Assembly: GCA_963728205.1 (NCBI GenBank)
Contig: CAVSIV010000006.1
Coordinates: 1,504,001 to 1,568,000, forward strand
DNA length: 64,000 nucleotides
Source: an uncultured Chloroflexia bacterium
GTDB lineage: Bacteria; Chloroflexota; Dehalococcoidia; UBA2979
Direction of reading: 5' to 3'
Shown here: one piece after another, positions 35,766 to 45,585 of the stretch
Layout of the letters: each line of letters opens with the position of its first letter
Position numbering within the stretch: the first letter of the stretch is position 1
The notes under the pieces: model-generated
Databases searched by the model: none
Seen by the model: the letters and a program-made list of their open reading frames with translations, nothing else
Told to the model about the DNA's origin: nothing
Made by a program: the position numbers and the translations under genes

Positions 35766-36230
35766 CTACAGCAATCGGCGCAGCAGGAGATCGTTGTGCG
35801 GGCCGGCGGGGCCGAACCCCTCCTGCTCGACGGCACGCCGCGCGTCCGCCATCGCCGGCGGCAGCACGGTCTCGATGCCGCGGTACCCCCGCTCCTGCGC
35901 GTACTCGACCGCGGCGCGCGTGAGCGCGCGCAGACCGTGGCCCGCGAGTCGCCGCAGCAGCGCGAGCTCGCCATCGCCACGGTCGAGCGCGGCGCAGCCG
36001 ATGGGTGTGCCGTCGGGACGCGTCGCCACCCAGATGCCGCGGCCGGACTGGTGGTAGTAGGCGGGGTCCGCCAGGTCGGCGTCGCGCTCGGCATCGGGCG
36101 GATCGAAGCCGCCGGCCAGCAGCGCCTCGGTCACGATCAGCCGCACCGCCTCGGCGTCCCCGGCGTCGGCGAGACGCACGTCGCGGTCGCCCGGGCCGGG
36201 CCCGGGGCCGGACGGGGGCCCGCTCGTCAC
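35766..36230 (-). CDS. GNAT-like acetyltransferase
   Basis: DADLAD...YY...G.IWVA, IGCAAL, ALLRRL, AVEYAQERGY. Confidence 0.65.
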   Translation of the reverse strand: MTSGPPSGPGPGPGDRDVRLADAGDAEAVRLIVTEALLAGGFDPPDAERDADLADPAYYHQSGRGIWVATRPDGTPIGCAALDRGDGELALLRRLAGHGLRALTRAAVEYAQERGYRGIETVLPPAMADARRAVEQEGFGPAGPHNDLLLRRLL

Positions 36231-37156
36231 GCCCGCGCCTGCTCCCACGGCAGCGACCGCGGCTGGAGCACCTGCCGCACGCGCGCGTCGGCGACGAGCA
36301 CGATCAGGTCCAGCGCGCCGTACGCCGCCGGGTTCATCCCGCGCAGCGCCGCCGTCGCGAGCTCGTCCTCGATCTGCCCGAGCGCCGCCACCAGCACGAG
36401 CACCGAGAGGTCGCACGTCCCCGCGCGCCGCTGCTCCACCGCGCGCGTGACGTGGCGACGGAAGTGCCGCCGCACCGCAGCCCCGTCGACCGGATCGGTC
36501 TCAGGCGGCGCGGCGAGCACGGTCACGCCGCCGGGCGCTCCCGCCGGCAGCCGCGAGACGCGCCAGTAGTCGTGCACCTCGACCTCGGTGACCTCCTCGG
36601 GGTTGAGCAGCGCCGCGCGGTCGCGCACGCGCGACACGACGATGTCGCGCTCCGCCGACTCCTCGGGCAGGCGGTGTAGCGCGCGCGCGTCGAGGTGGTA
36701 CGCGCCGGAGATGCCCTCCGACAGCCGCGTCCACTCCCGCGACAGCACGCCGCTCACCGAGACGTACTGCCCTTCGTCCTGGATCTTCGCGAGCTGCAGC
36801 GTGACCGGCAGTCGCACCTCGCGACGCTCGCCCGGCGCGAGCCCGCCGAGCCCGCGCGCGAGCACCACCCGCAGGTTCGACCGGAACGGCTCGTCGACCG
36901 GCAGCTCGACGCGCGGGGGCACCCACACCACGTAGCCGGGCGCACCCGCGTCGGCGACGTCGTCGCTCAGCAGGTCGGCGAGCTCGGACGCGCCCGCCAG
37001 CTCCGTACTCTCGTCCCACAGCGCGCCGACTGTCACGCCGATGCGCCGGTCGCGCTGCTGGAGGAGCGCGTCGAACGGCGCCGGGTCCTGGTCGAGCGCG
37101 CGGAACGTGCGGAAGTAGCGCTCGCTCATCCACGCGGCGAGCATCGGCAGCGCCAC
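36227..37156 (-). CDS. Hypothetical protein (start uncertain)
   Basis: Long protein-like frame ending with a GTGA overlap onto the next gene; no family recognised. Confidence 0.6.
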   Translation of the reverse strand: MALPMLAAWMSERYFRTFRALDQDPAPFDALLQQRDRRIGVTVGALWDESTELAGASELADLLSDDVADAGAPGYVVWVPPRVELPVDEPFRSNLRVVLARGLGGLAPGERREVRLPVTLQLAKIQDEGQYVSVSGVLSREWTRLSEGISGAYHLDARALHRLPEESAERDIVVSRVRDRAALLNPEEVTEVEVHDYWRVSRLPAGAPGGVTVLAAPPETDPVDGAAVRRHFRRHVTRAVEQRRAGTCDLSVLVLVAALGQIEDELATAALRGMNPAAYGALDLIVLVADARVRQVLQPRSLPWEQARA

Positions 37157-37230
37157 GGCGCGCGGCGGATCGACCCTGTCAGCGTCCAGGAAGTGCCCCC
37201 GTCCGACGATCGTGTGGCGTCGGCTCGAGG

Positions 37231-37662
37231 TTACGCGCCCTCGGCGGCCTCGGCCCGCGCGCGGTTGCGCGCGTCGCGCCGGTCGAGAATCGGCAGCAGG
37301 CCGTTGGTGATGACCTGGTACGCGATCATGAGGTTCAGCACGAGGAAGTCGAGGATCGCGACGAGCTTCAGCCCGGTGGCGAGCGCGGTGCCGTCGTTTC
37401 CGGTGTGCTGCGCCCACACGACACCGAGCGTCAGCAGCAGCAGGAGGACGAGCGACGCGAGCGGCGCGTCCCACCTGCGGACGAACCGCGCAAACGCGGC
37501 GAGCAGCCCGCCGGCGATCGCGAAGTTGCCGGCCATGAAGCCGAGCAGCGGCGTGCCGTGGTGGTGCCACACTTGGAACGCGTTGAGGAAGAGCCACATC
37601 AGGAGCACCGGGCCCACCGCGGCGATCAGGATGCCGGGCAGGTCGGACCGCTTGAATCGCAT
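37231..37662 (-). CDS. Small four-TM membrane protein
   Basis: MRFKRSDLPG... with four hydrophobic segments; RBS GGAGGGG. Confidence 0.7.
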   Translation of the reverse strand: MRFKRSDLPGILIAAVGPVLLMWLFLNAFQVWHHHGTPLLGFMAGNFAIAGGLLAAFARFVRRWDAPLASLVLLLLLTLGVVWAQHTGNDGTALATGLKLVAILDFLVLNLMIAYQVITNGLLPILDRRDARNRARAEAAEGA

Positions 37663-37723
37663 GGGCTCGTGTTCCCCTCCCGCGCGGCGCCCGCGGCGCC
37701 GGCCCCATTCTCGCGCGTGACGG

Positions 37724-38494
37724 CTAGATGTTCGAGCGCGACTGCCCGCCGTCGACGTTGAGCGTCGCGCCGATGATCCACGACGCGACCGGCGACGCCA
37801 GGAACACGACCGCCGCCGCAACTTCCTCCGGCCGCCCGAAGCGGCCGCCGGGGATCTGCTGCTCGATGAACCGCGCCATCGTCTCGGGTTCCTCGGCGAG
37901 GCGCCGGCCCCATGAGCCGCCCTCGAAGGCGATCGACCCGGGCGCGACGTTGTTTACGCGCACGCCGTCGGCGGCCCACTGCAGGGCGTACGCCTTGGAC
38001 ATCGCGATCTGCGCCGACTTCGTCGCGTTGTACTGGGGTGGCCCGCCGGACTCGCGCCCGTAGATCGACGAGATGTTCACGACCGCGCCCCCGCCCTCCG
38101 CGCGCACGAGGTGCGGCTTCGCGAGCTCCATCAGTCGCGTGGCGGCGAGCACGTTGAGATCGAAGGAGCCGCGCCACGCCTCGTCGAGCGTGCCGGCGCG
38201 CACGGTGGCGCCCGCGTTGTTCACGAGCACGTCGAGCGCGCCGTAAGCGTCGACGGCCGCTGTGAGCAGGCGCTCGGCGGCGGCGGCGTCGGTGACGTCG
38301 GCGGCGACGGCCTGCACCTGCGCGCCGGGGTGCGCGGCCGCGATGGCCGCGCGCGTCGTCTCGAGCGTCTCGGCGCCGCGCGCGCAGAGCGTGAGCCGCG
38401 CGCCCTCGGCCGCGAACGCCTCCGCGATCGCGCGCCCGATGCCGCGGCTGGCGCCGGTGACGAGCACGGAGCGGCCGGCGAGCTGCAGGTCCAT
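37724..38494 (-). CDS. SDR oxidoreductase
   Basis: TGASRGIG, NNAG, NISS, YNATK. Confidence 0.9.
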   Translation of the reverse strand: MDLQLAGRSVLVTGASRGIGRAIAEAFAAEGARLTLCARGAETLETTRAAIAAAHPGAQVQAVAADVTDAAAAERLLTAAVDAYGALDVLVNNAGATVRAGTLDEAWRGSFDLNVLAATRLMELAKPHLVRAEGGGAVVNISSIYGRESGGPPQYNATKSAQIAMSKAYALQWAADGVRVNNVAPGSIAFEGGSWGRRLAEEPETMARFIEQQIPGGRFGRPEEVAAAVVFLASPVASWIIGATLNVDGGQSRSNI

Positions 38495-38691
38495 GATCCT
38501 CCGCGTTCGGTGTTCCGCCCTGGTCCGCGACGTCGAAGCGGCGACGGACACGCCGCCGACGGTCGATGCCGCGGGTGTGCATCCTACGGGGTGTGTTCCT
38601 GATACGGTACGTCCGCTCGCCGCGCCACCCGGCGACGCCGGCGGATCCCGGCGAGCCTCCGGCAACCGGCAGCGCGCAGACGCAGGGAACC

Positions 38692-39450
38692 ATGCCGCTC
38701 TCCCTCTCCGTCGACGCCTTCGTCGCGACCCTGCTCGTCGAGCCGGCGGGCGGGCTCGCCGATCGCGCGTTCGCGCAGGCGCTCACGGACGCCGCTGCGC
38801 AGATCGCGGCGGACACCGACGGCGTGCGCGCGGTCGTCCTCGCCGCCGCCGGCGACGACTTCTGCGTCGGCTGGAGCGACGCCGCGCTCATGGAGGAGGA
38901 CGGGCTGCCGGGCGTGCCGCACCTCGGCGCCGGCTTCGACGCCCTCGCCGCCGTGCCGCAGCCCGTGATCGCCGCCGTGCACGGCCGCGCCCACTCCGCC
39001 GGCCTCGAGCTCGCGCTCGCCGCCGACATCCGCCTCGCAGCGGACGACGCGCGCTTCGCGATGCCGGAGACCGCCGCCGGCGTGCTCCCGCGCGGCGGCG
39101 GCTCGCAGCGGCTGCCGCGCGCGGTGGGACGCGCGCACGCGCTGCGCCTGCTGCTGCTCGGCGAGGAGATCGACGCCGCCGAGGCCCGCCGCATCGGCCT
39201 CATCTCGCGCGTCGTCCCGCGCGGCGACCTGCGCGACGCCGCGACCGCGGTCGCGCGCACCATCGCCTCGCGCGGGCCGATCGCGACGCGCCTCGCGAAG
39301 GAGGCGGTGCACCGCGGCGCCGAGCTCACGCTCGAGCAGGCGCTGCGCTACGAGCTGGATCTCACGCTGCTGCTGCAGACGACGGCCGACCGCGCCGAGG
39401 GCGTGCGCGCCTTCGCCGCGAAGCGGCCGCCCAACTTCATCGGACGCTAG
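38692..39450 (+). CDS. Enoyl-CoA hydratase/isomerase family protein
   Basis: PVIAAVHG, GLELALAADIR, FAMPE, GGSQRLPR, EGVRAF..KRPPNF.GR. Confidence 0.88.
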   Translation: MPLSLSVDAFVATLLVEPAGGLADRAFAQALTDAAAQIAADTDGVRAVVLAAAGDDFCVGWSDAALMEEDGLPGVPHLGAGFDALAAVPQPVIAAVHGRAHSAGLELALAADIRLAADDARFAMPETAAGVLPRGGGSQRLPRAVGRAHALRLLLLGEEIDAAEARRIGLISRVVPRGDLRDAATAVARTIASRGPIATRLAKEAVHRGAELTLEQALRYELDLTLLLQTTADRAEGVRAFAAKRPPNFIGR

Positions 39451-39540
39451 TCTCCGGTCGCGCGACCGCCGGGCGTTGACGCCTGCGGCCGCGCCCGACA
39501 GCATCGGGTCGAACACGAGTGGCACACCTTGGAGGTGCGC

Positions 39541-39807
39541 ATGAACGTCATCCTCAACACGGAGGAGGTGCACGCGGTGCTCAGCCTCGTCACCGCGCAG
39601 GTGCTCGACCACGTCGAGCTCTCCGCCGATGCGAAGAAGAGCGTCCGCGCGTGGCGCCGCGCGCACGACCTCGACACGGTCGGCCTCGACGAGTTCACGG
39701 AGACGATGAACACCGCGATCGGCAACTTCATCGACGAGCGCACGACCCGCTACCTGCGCAAGCGCGGGAAGATCAAGGTGTCGGCGAGCACGGAGCTGCG
39801 GGCATGA
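39541..39807 (+). CDS. Small hypothetical protein (88 aa)
   Basis: RBS GGAGGT before ATG; MNVILNTEEV...; resembles the downstream ORF. Confidence 0.75.
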   Translation: MNVILNTEEVHAVLSLVTAQVLDHVELSADAKKSVRAWRRAHDLDTVGLDEFTETMNTAIGNFIDERTTRYLRKRGKIKVSASTELRA

Positions 39808-40043
39808 AAGTCGAGTTCACGCTCGAGGAGATCCAGCGGATGCTCGACGCGGTCGTCGACGAGCTCGTCGAGCTCAAGCTCGACAAGACCGACCGCGCGA
39901 AGCTGCGCCGCTGGCGGTCGAACACGATGACCCCCACGTCGGCGTCGATGCAGCTGCTCGCCGAGAAGGTCAACGCCGAGATCCAGCGCACGCACGATCT
40001 CAGCGAGGCGAGTCCGATCAAGAAGCCGGACTGGGCGAGCTAG
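39804..40043 (+). CDS. Small hypothetical protein (79 aa)
   Basis: ATGA overlap; MKVEFTLEEI...IKKPDWAS. Confidence 0.75.
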   Translation: MKVEFTLEEIQRMLDAVVDELVELKLDKTDRAKLRRWRSNTMTPTSASMQLLAEKVNAEIQRTHDLSEASPIKKPDWAS

Positions 40044-40124
40044 CGCGCGCCGCCCGCGACCGCCCGCATGGCCGAGCGGCCTCGTGCCGTTCGCCCCTGC
40101 GCGCCGTCGAAGGGCCGAGGACCC

Positions 40125-40853
40125 ATGCCTGACCCGCTCGTCCGTTACGACCGCGACGGCGACGTCGCGTGGCTCACCCTGAACCGCCCGGAGCGTCTCA
40201 ACGCCGTGCACATGGCGATGCGCGACGAGCTGTGGGCGATGCTCGGCCTGCTGCGCGACGACCCGACGGTGCGGGTCGCCGTGCTGCGCGGCGCCGGCGA
40301 TCGTGCCTTCTCGGCCGGAGCCGACATCACCGAGTTCGGCACCGCCCCTTCGGTGCTCGGCGCGCGCGACGCGCGGCGGGGCCGCGACCTGTGGGGCCTG
40401 ATGTCCACCCTGCGCATCCCGCTGATCGCCGCGATCCAGGGCTTCGCCTACGGCGCCGGCCTCGAGATGTCGATGTACTGCGACCTGCGCGTGGCCTCGG
40501 AGGAGGCGCGCTTTGCCATCCCGGAGGTCACGCTCGGCTACATCCCGTCCGCCGGTGGGACGCAGACCGTCGCGCGTCACGTCACGCGGAGCGATGCTGT
40601 GCTCATGGCGACCACCGGCGAGCCGTGGAGCGCGGCGGACGCGTTCGCGGCCGGGCTCGTACACGCGGTGGTCCCGCACGACGCGCTCGAGGCGACCGCG
40701 CGTGGGTGGGCGGAGACGCTCGCCGGCTATGCGCCGGGCGCCCTGCAGGCGATGAAGCGCGCCGTGGTCGAGGGCATCGACCTGCCGCTCGTCGACGGCC
40801 TGGCGCTGGAACGACGGCTGGCGCGCACGAGCGCCGGGAAGGGATCCGCATGA
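40125..40853 (+). CDS. Enoyl-CoA hydratase/isomerase family protein
   Basis: LTLNRPERLNA, AFSAGADITEF, GLEM, PEV.LG.IP.AGGTQ. Confidence 0.9.
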   Translation: MPDPLVRYDRDGDVAWLTLNRPERLNAVHMAMRDELWAMLGLLRDDPTVRVAVLRGAGDRAFSAGADITEFGTAPSVLGARDARRGRDLWGLMSTLRIPLIAAIQGFAYGAGLEMSMYCDLRVASEEARFAIPEVTLGYIPSAGGTQTVARHVTRSDAVLMATTGEPWSAADAFAAGLVHAVVPHDALEATARGWAETLAGYAPGALQAMKRAVVEGIDLPLVDGLALERRLARTSAGKGSA

Positions 40854-41401
40854 CCGCGCACGCCTGGCAGCTGCTGTCGCACTGGTTCGCACCCGTCGGC
40901 CGGCGGCTCGAGGCCGCACAGCGCCAGTTCGAGCGGCTGCCGCGCTGGTTCGGGCCGACCGTGCTGATCCTGCTCTCGGCCGTGTTCATCGGCGGCGCCG
41001 TCTACGGCGCGTTCTTCGCGCGCCCGCCCATCACCGTGAAGGAGTTCGATGCCGGCCCGGTCGAGCAGTTCGCCATCGGCAAGGTCAACGCGTTCCCGCA
41101 GTACGCGCTCTACCTCGTCGGCATGCCGGATGGGCGCATCCGCGCCATCGACACGCGCGTCGAGTCGAGCGGTTGCACGGCGGTGTGGCACCCGGACGAC
41201 CCGCGCGGCGCCTCCGACAACCCGAACCACGAGCCGGGCGTCTTCATCGACCCGTGTAGCGGCGGCGTGTGGTCGATGGTGGGCGACGCGCTCTCCGGAT
41301 CGTCGACGCCGCTGCGCACGCCGCAGGTAAGCCACACGACCGGGGCCGACGGCCACGATCACGTGCTGGTCGAGGCGATCAACAACCCCGCGGTGCCATG
41401 A
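40850..41401 (+). CDS. Membrane-anchored Rieske-fold-like protein lacking cluster ligands
   Basis: One TM helix, then RVESSGC.AVW ... FIDPCSG..W...G...SG...PL in place of CxHxGC...CPCHG. Confidence 0.6.
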   Translation: MTAHAWQLLSHWFAPVGRRLEAAQRQFERLPRWFGPTVLILLSAVFIGGAVYGAFFARPPITVKEFDAGPVEQFAIGKVNAFPQYALYLVGMPDGRIRAIDTRVESSGCTAVWHPDDPRGASDNPNHEPGVFIDPCSGGVWSMVGDALSGSSTPLRTPQVSHTTGADGHDHVLVEAINNPAVP

Positions 41402-41610
41402 CGCAGATGCGCCGACGGTTCTGGCGTCGAATCAGGCGATTTCCTATGATGGCGCCGCCGACGCGGGGTCGATTCCGCGACGAGGGGGACGCGCCTGCGT
41501 CAGGCATGGCCGCCGTTGCCGGGCGGCTTTTTGATGCTTGCGCGTGATCGCGGTATGACTGCGGGCGCGTCGGCGCCTGCTATATCTGTGCAAATACGCG
41601 GGGGGCACGA

Positions 41611-43185
41611 ATGAACACAGCGGAGTTCCTCACGATCAGCGCCGCGATCGTGCCCGACCGGCCCGCGCTGGTCGGCGAGGACGAGCGTTACACCTACGCC
41701 GAGCTGCAGACGCGCGTAAACAAGCTCGCGCAGTCGCTGCAAGCGCTCGGCGTCGGCCGCGGGGCCAATGTCGGCATCATGGCCGTCAACGCTCCGGCGT
41801 TCGCCGAGATCTACTACGCGACCGCCGCCGTCGGCGCCACGTTCGTCCCGCTCAACTATCGCGCGAAGACCGAAGAGCTCTCGTACATGGTCAACGCCGC
41901 GGACGTGAACGTCCTCTTCGTGGCCGAGCGCTACTGGTCGATCTTCCAGGAAATCAAGTCGGGCATGCCGGGCGTGCAGCACGCAATCACGCTCGACTTC
42001 GAGGCCGCGGGCTTCCAGTCGTACGCCGCGTTGCGCGAGGCCGGCGAGGACATCCCGGTCTTCGCGGAGACGGATGACAACGACCCGACGCTGATCATCT
42101 ACACGTCGGGCACGACGTCGCTGCCGAAGGGCGTGGTGCTGTCGTACAAGGCGATCACGGCGCTCGTGGTGAACACGCAGTCGCCGGCGGACCCGACGAG
42201 CGACCAGGAGGTCGTGCTCGTCTCGGTGCCCTTCTACCACATCGCCGGCGCCACCACGTTGATGAGCGCGGTGTTCTCCGGGCGCCGCCTCGTCATCCTC
42301 CCCGCGTTCGACCCGCAGGCGTGGCTCGCCGCCGTCGAGCGCGAGAAGGTCACGCACGCCTTCGTCGTGCCCACGATGCTCAAGCGCGTGATGGAGGTCG
42401 ACGACTTCGACCAGTACGACCTTTCGACGTTGCGCCTGATCACCTACGGCGCGGCGCCGATGCCATTCGAGGTCGTGCGTCGCGCGTGCGACGTCTTCCC
42501 GCCGCGCGGCGTCGACCTGATGAACGCGTACGGCCAGACCGAGGCCACCGGCTCGATGACGTTCCTCGGCCCCGACGACCACCGCCTCGACGGCACGCCG
42601 GAGGAGAACGAGAAGAAGATCAACCGCCTGCGCTCCGTCGGCCGCACGATGCCCGACGTCGATGTCGCGATCCTCGCCCCCGACGGTCGTGTGTTGCCGC
42701 AAGACGAAGAGGGCGAGATCTGCATCCGCGGCGACCGCATCATGCGCGGCTACAACAAGCGCGACGAGGACACGGGCGACGCGATCCGCGACGGCTGGCT
42801 GCACACCGGCGACGTCGGCAAGCTCGACGAGGACGGCTACCTCTTCATCACCGGGCGCATCAAGGACATGATCATCCGCGGCGGCGAGAACATCGCGCCG
42901 GCGGAGATCGAAAACGTGCTCGAGGATCACCCGGCAATCGCGGAGGCCGCGGTGATCGGGGTGCCCGACACCGAGTGGGGCGAGATCATCAAGGCGATCG
43001 TCGTGAGCGACCGCGGCGAGCAGCCGGGCGACGACGAGCTGACGGCTTACGTGAAGACGCGCATCGCCTCATACAAGGCGCCGGCGCTCTATCAGTGGAT
43101 CGACGAGCTGCCGCGCAATCACCTCGGCAAGGTCCTGAAGACCGAGCTGCGGGAAAAGTACGGACAGCCGGCCCCGACGAGCTAG
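41611..43185 (+). CDS. Long-chain acyl-CoA synthetase (AMP-binding)
   Basis: YTSGTTSLPKG, AYGQTE, GWLHTGD, GRIKDMIIRGGENI, LPRNHLGK. Confidence 0.92.
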   Translation: MNTAEFLTISAAIVPDRPALVGEDERYTYAELQTRVNKLAQSLQALGVGRGANVGIMAVNAPAFAEIYYATAAVGATFVPLNYRAKTEELSYMVNAADVNVLFVAERYWSIFQEIKSGMPGVQHAITLDFEAAGFQSYAALREAGEDIPVFAETDDNDPTLIIYTSGTTSLPKGVVLSYKAITALVVNTQSPADPTSDQEVVLVSVPFYHIAGATTLMSAVFSGRRLVILPAFDPQAWLAAVEREKVTHAFVVPTMLKRVMEVDDFDQYDLSTLRLITYGAAPMPFEVVRRACDVFPPRGVDLMNAYGQTEATGSMTFLGPDDHRLDGTPEENEKKINRLRSVGRTMPDVDVAILAPDGRVLPQDEEGEICIRGDRIMRGYNKRDEDTGDAIRDGWLHTGDVGKLDEDGYLFITGRIKDMIIRGGENIAPAEIENVLEDHPAIAEAAVIGVPDTEWGEIIKAIVVSDRGEQPGDDELTAYVKTRIASYKAPALYQWIDELPRNHLGKVLKTELREKYGQPAPTS

Positions 43186-43234
43186 GGATCGCACGCACGA
43201 AGACTGGCCCCAGGGCCGGGGAAGCGAGCGTCAG

Positions 43235-45454
43235 ATGTCGGTAGAGACCCCGGAGCCCGGGCGACCCGTCCGCCTCGTCGGTGGGTGGTGGGGGCCGTCG
43301 ATCGGTATCTCGCTCCTGGGACTCTTCGGGTCCTTCCAGCTCAGCACCGGCGAGCAGCCCGTGCGTCCCGACTTCTGGGAGCACGTCGCGCCCCCGGCAT
43401 CGGTCTACCTGTTCCTCGCCGCGCTCGTCGGCCTGCTCGTCTACGCTCTCGTGCGCCACGCCAGCCTCTGGGCCGTCGGGCAGCCGCACGATCAGAACGT
43501 CCTCAAGCAGGTTCCACACCGCCTCCGCAACGCGATGCGGCTCGGGCTCGCCCAGGACAAGGTCCGGCGCGACCGGTACGCCGGCGTCATGCACTGGTGC
43601 ATCTTCTCCTCGATCGTGGTGCTCACCTTCGTCACCGCCCAGGTCGGCCTCCAGGACGACACGCCGCTCGACTTCCTCAAGGGCGGCTACTACCTCTTCT
43701 TCCGCTTCTACGGCGACCTCTTCGGGCTGATCGGACTGATCGGCGTCGGCATGGCGCTCAACCGACGCTACTTCCAGGACTACGCGCGGATGCGCTGGGA
43801 CGAGCGGCTCGAGGACCACCTCATCATCTGGGGCCTCGGGCTCGTGCTGCTCACCGGCTTCCTCGTGCAGAGCTTCCGCATCACCGACTCGGTGCTCGTG
43901 CAGCACCCCGACTGGGCGCGCTTCGCGTTCGTCTCGTTCGGCATCGCGAAGTTCCTGCATCTGTTCGGCTTCAGCAGCAGCCAGCTCATCCACGCGCACC
44001 ACTTCCTGTGGTGGACGCACGTGTCGCTGGCGTTCTCGTGGCTCGGGCTGATCGTCTTCACCAAGCTCGACCACCTTTTCTTCGCGCCGGTGAACGCGTT
44101 CTTCCTGCGCACCGACTCGTACGGGCGGCTGTCGCGCATCCCCAACCTCGAGGAGCGCGAGGTCTTCGGCATCGGGCAGATCCAGGACTTCACCTGGAAG
44201 CAGCTGTTCGAGCTCGACGCCTGCGTGCGCTGCGGTCGCTGCACCGAGGTCTGCCCCGCCAACCTCGCGGGCCAGCCGCTGTCGCCGATGCACCTGATCC
44301 AGGACCTCAAGCGCCATTTCGCGAACGTCGGTCCGGAGATCCAGCGCGTCGGCAACGAGGGCGGTGACGTGCGCGCGGTATCCCCCGTCGCGATGGTCGG
44401 CGACGTGATCAAGGACGAGACGTTGTGGGCCTGCCGCACCTGCTATGCGTGCGTGCAGGAGTGCCCGGTGATGATCGAGCATGTCCCGACGATCGTGGAC
44501 ATGCGGCGCTACCTGGTGATGGACGAGGCGCGCATGCCCGCCACCGCGCAGCAGGCGCTCGAGAACATGGAGATGCGCGGCCACCCGTGGCGCGGCACGA
44601 GCCTCGAGCGCACGACGTGGATGGAGGGCCTCGGCGACGTGCCGCTGTTCGACGGCACGCAGGAGTACCTCTACTGGGTCGGCTGCAGCGGATCGCTGGT
44701 GGAGCGCAACCTCCCGATCACGCAGGCGGTGTTCCGGCTGCTGCGCGAGTCGGGCGCGTCGTTCGGCGTGCTCGGCCAGGAGGAGACCTGCAACGGCGAC
44801 CCCGCGCGGCGACTCGGCAACGAGTACCTCTACCAGATCCTCGCCGAGCAGCTGGTGATGACCTTCAAGGCGAAGAACGTGCAGAAGGTCATCACGAACT
44901 GCCCGCACTGCTTCAACACCTTCAAGAACGAGTACCCGCAGTTCGATGGCCACTTCGAGGTGCTGCATCACACGGAGTTCCTGAGCAAGGCGGTTCAGGA
45001 TGGGTCGCTGAAGCCGACGTACGCGATCGACGCGAACGTCACCTACCACGACTCCTGCTACCTCGGTCGTGTGAACGGCGTGTATGACGCCCCGCGCCAG
45101 ATCCTGCAGATGGTGCCGGGCGCGAACGTCACCGAGATGCGCCGCAACATGAGCAAGGGGCTCTGCTGCGGCGCGGGTGGTGGCAACATGTGGCAGGAGG
45201 AGATCGGCGAGCGCCGTGTGAACCACGTGCGCACCGAGGAGGCCGTGCAGACCGGCGCCTCGCAGGTGATCTCGAACTGCCCCTTCTGCATCCAGATGTT
45301 CGAAGATGGCGTGCCCGCGATTCAGCCGGAGGAGGAGGGGCGCATCCGTCCCTTCGACATCGCCGAGCTGCTGGAGCGCTCCGTCTTCGGACCGGGCGGC
45401 GGCGGTTCCGCGCAGCAGCCGGCGGCCTCCGCCGCAGGCGGTGGCGAGAGCTAA
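43235..45454 (+). CDS. fadF: FadF/EtfD-type membrane Fe-S oxidoreductase (TM region, two 4Fe-4S motifs, two CCG domains); start may be 43361
   Basis: CVRCGRCTEVCP, CRTCYACVQECP, WVGC, TNCPHC, YHDSCYLGR, CCGAGGG, CPFC; adjacent to etfBA. Confidence 0.85.
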   Translation: MSVETPEPGRPVRLVGGWWGPSIGISLLGLFGSFQLSTGEQPVRPDFWEHVAPPASVYLFLAALVGLLVYALVRHASLWAVGQPHDQNVLKQVPHRLRNAMRLGLAQDKVRRDRYAGVMHWCIFSSIVVLTFVTAQVGLQDDTPLDFLKGGYYLFFRFYGDLFGLIGLIGVGMALNRRYFQDYARMRWDERLEDHLIIWGLGLVLLTGFLVQSFRITDSVLVQHPDWARFAFVSFGIAKFLHLFGFSSSQLIHAHHFLWWTHVSLAFSWLGLIVFTKLDHLFFAPVNAFFLRTDSYGRLSRIPNLEEREVFGIGQIQDFTWKQLFELDACVRCGRCTEVCPANLAGQPLSPMHLIQDLKRHFANVGPEIQRVGNEGGDVRAVSPVAMVGDVIKDETLWACRTCYACVQECPVMIEHVPTIVDMRRYLVMDEARMPATAQQALENMEMRGHPWRGTSLERTTWMEGLGDVPLFDGTQEYLYWVGCSGSLVERNLPITQAVFRLLRESGASFGVLGQEETCNGDPARRLGNEYLYQILAEQLVMTFKAKNVQKVITNCPHCFNTFKNEYPQFDGHFEVLHHTEFLSKAVQDGSLKPTYAIDANVTYHDSCYLGRVNGVYDAPRQILQMVPGANVTEMRRNMSKGLCCGAGGGNMWQEEIGERRVNHVRTEEAVQTGASQVISNCPFCIQMFEDGVPAIQPEEEGRIRPFDIAELLERSVFGPGGGGSAQQPAASAAGGGES

Positions 45455-45585
45455 CCCACGCCGAACGCGCGCGCTTCCGGCTGCGGCGCCGGGGCGCGGG
45501 CACATGAACGAACGAACGCAGGCCGGGGGCCGGGCCCCTCGGCGAGCAGTAGCGCGGGGGCGCCGTCCCCGCCGAGGAGGTCCAG

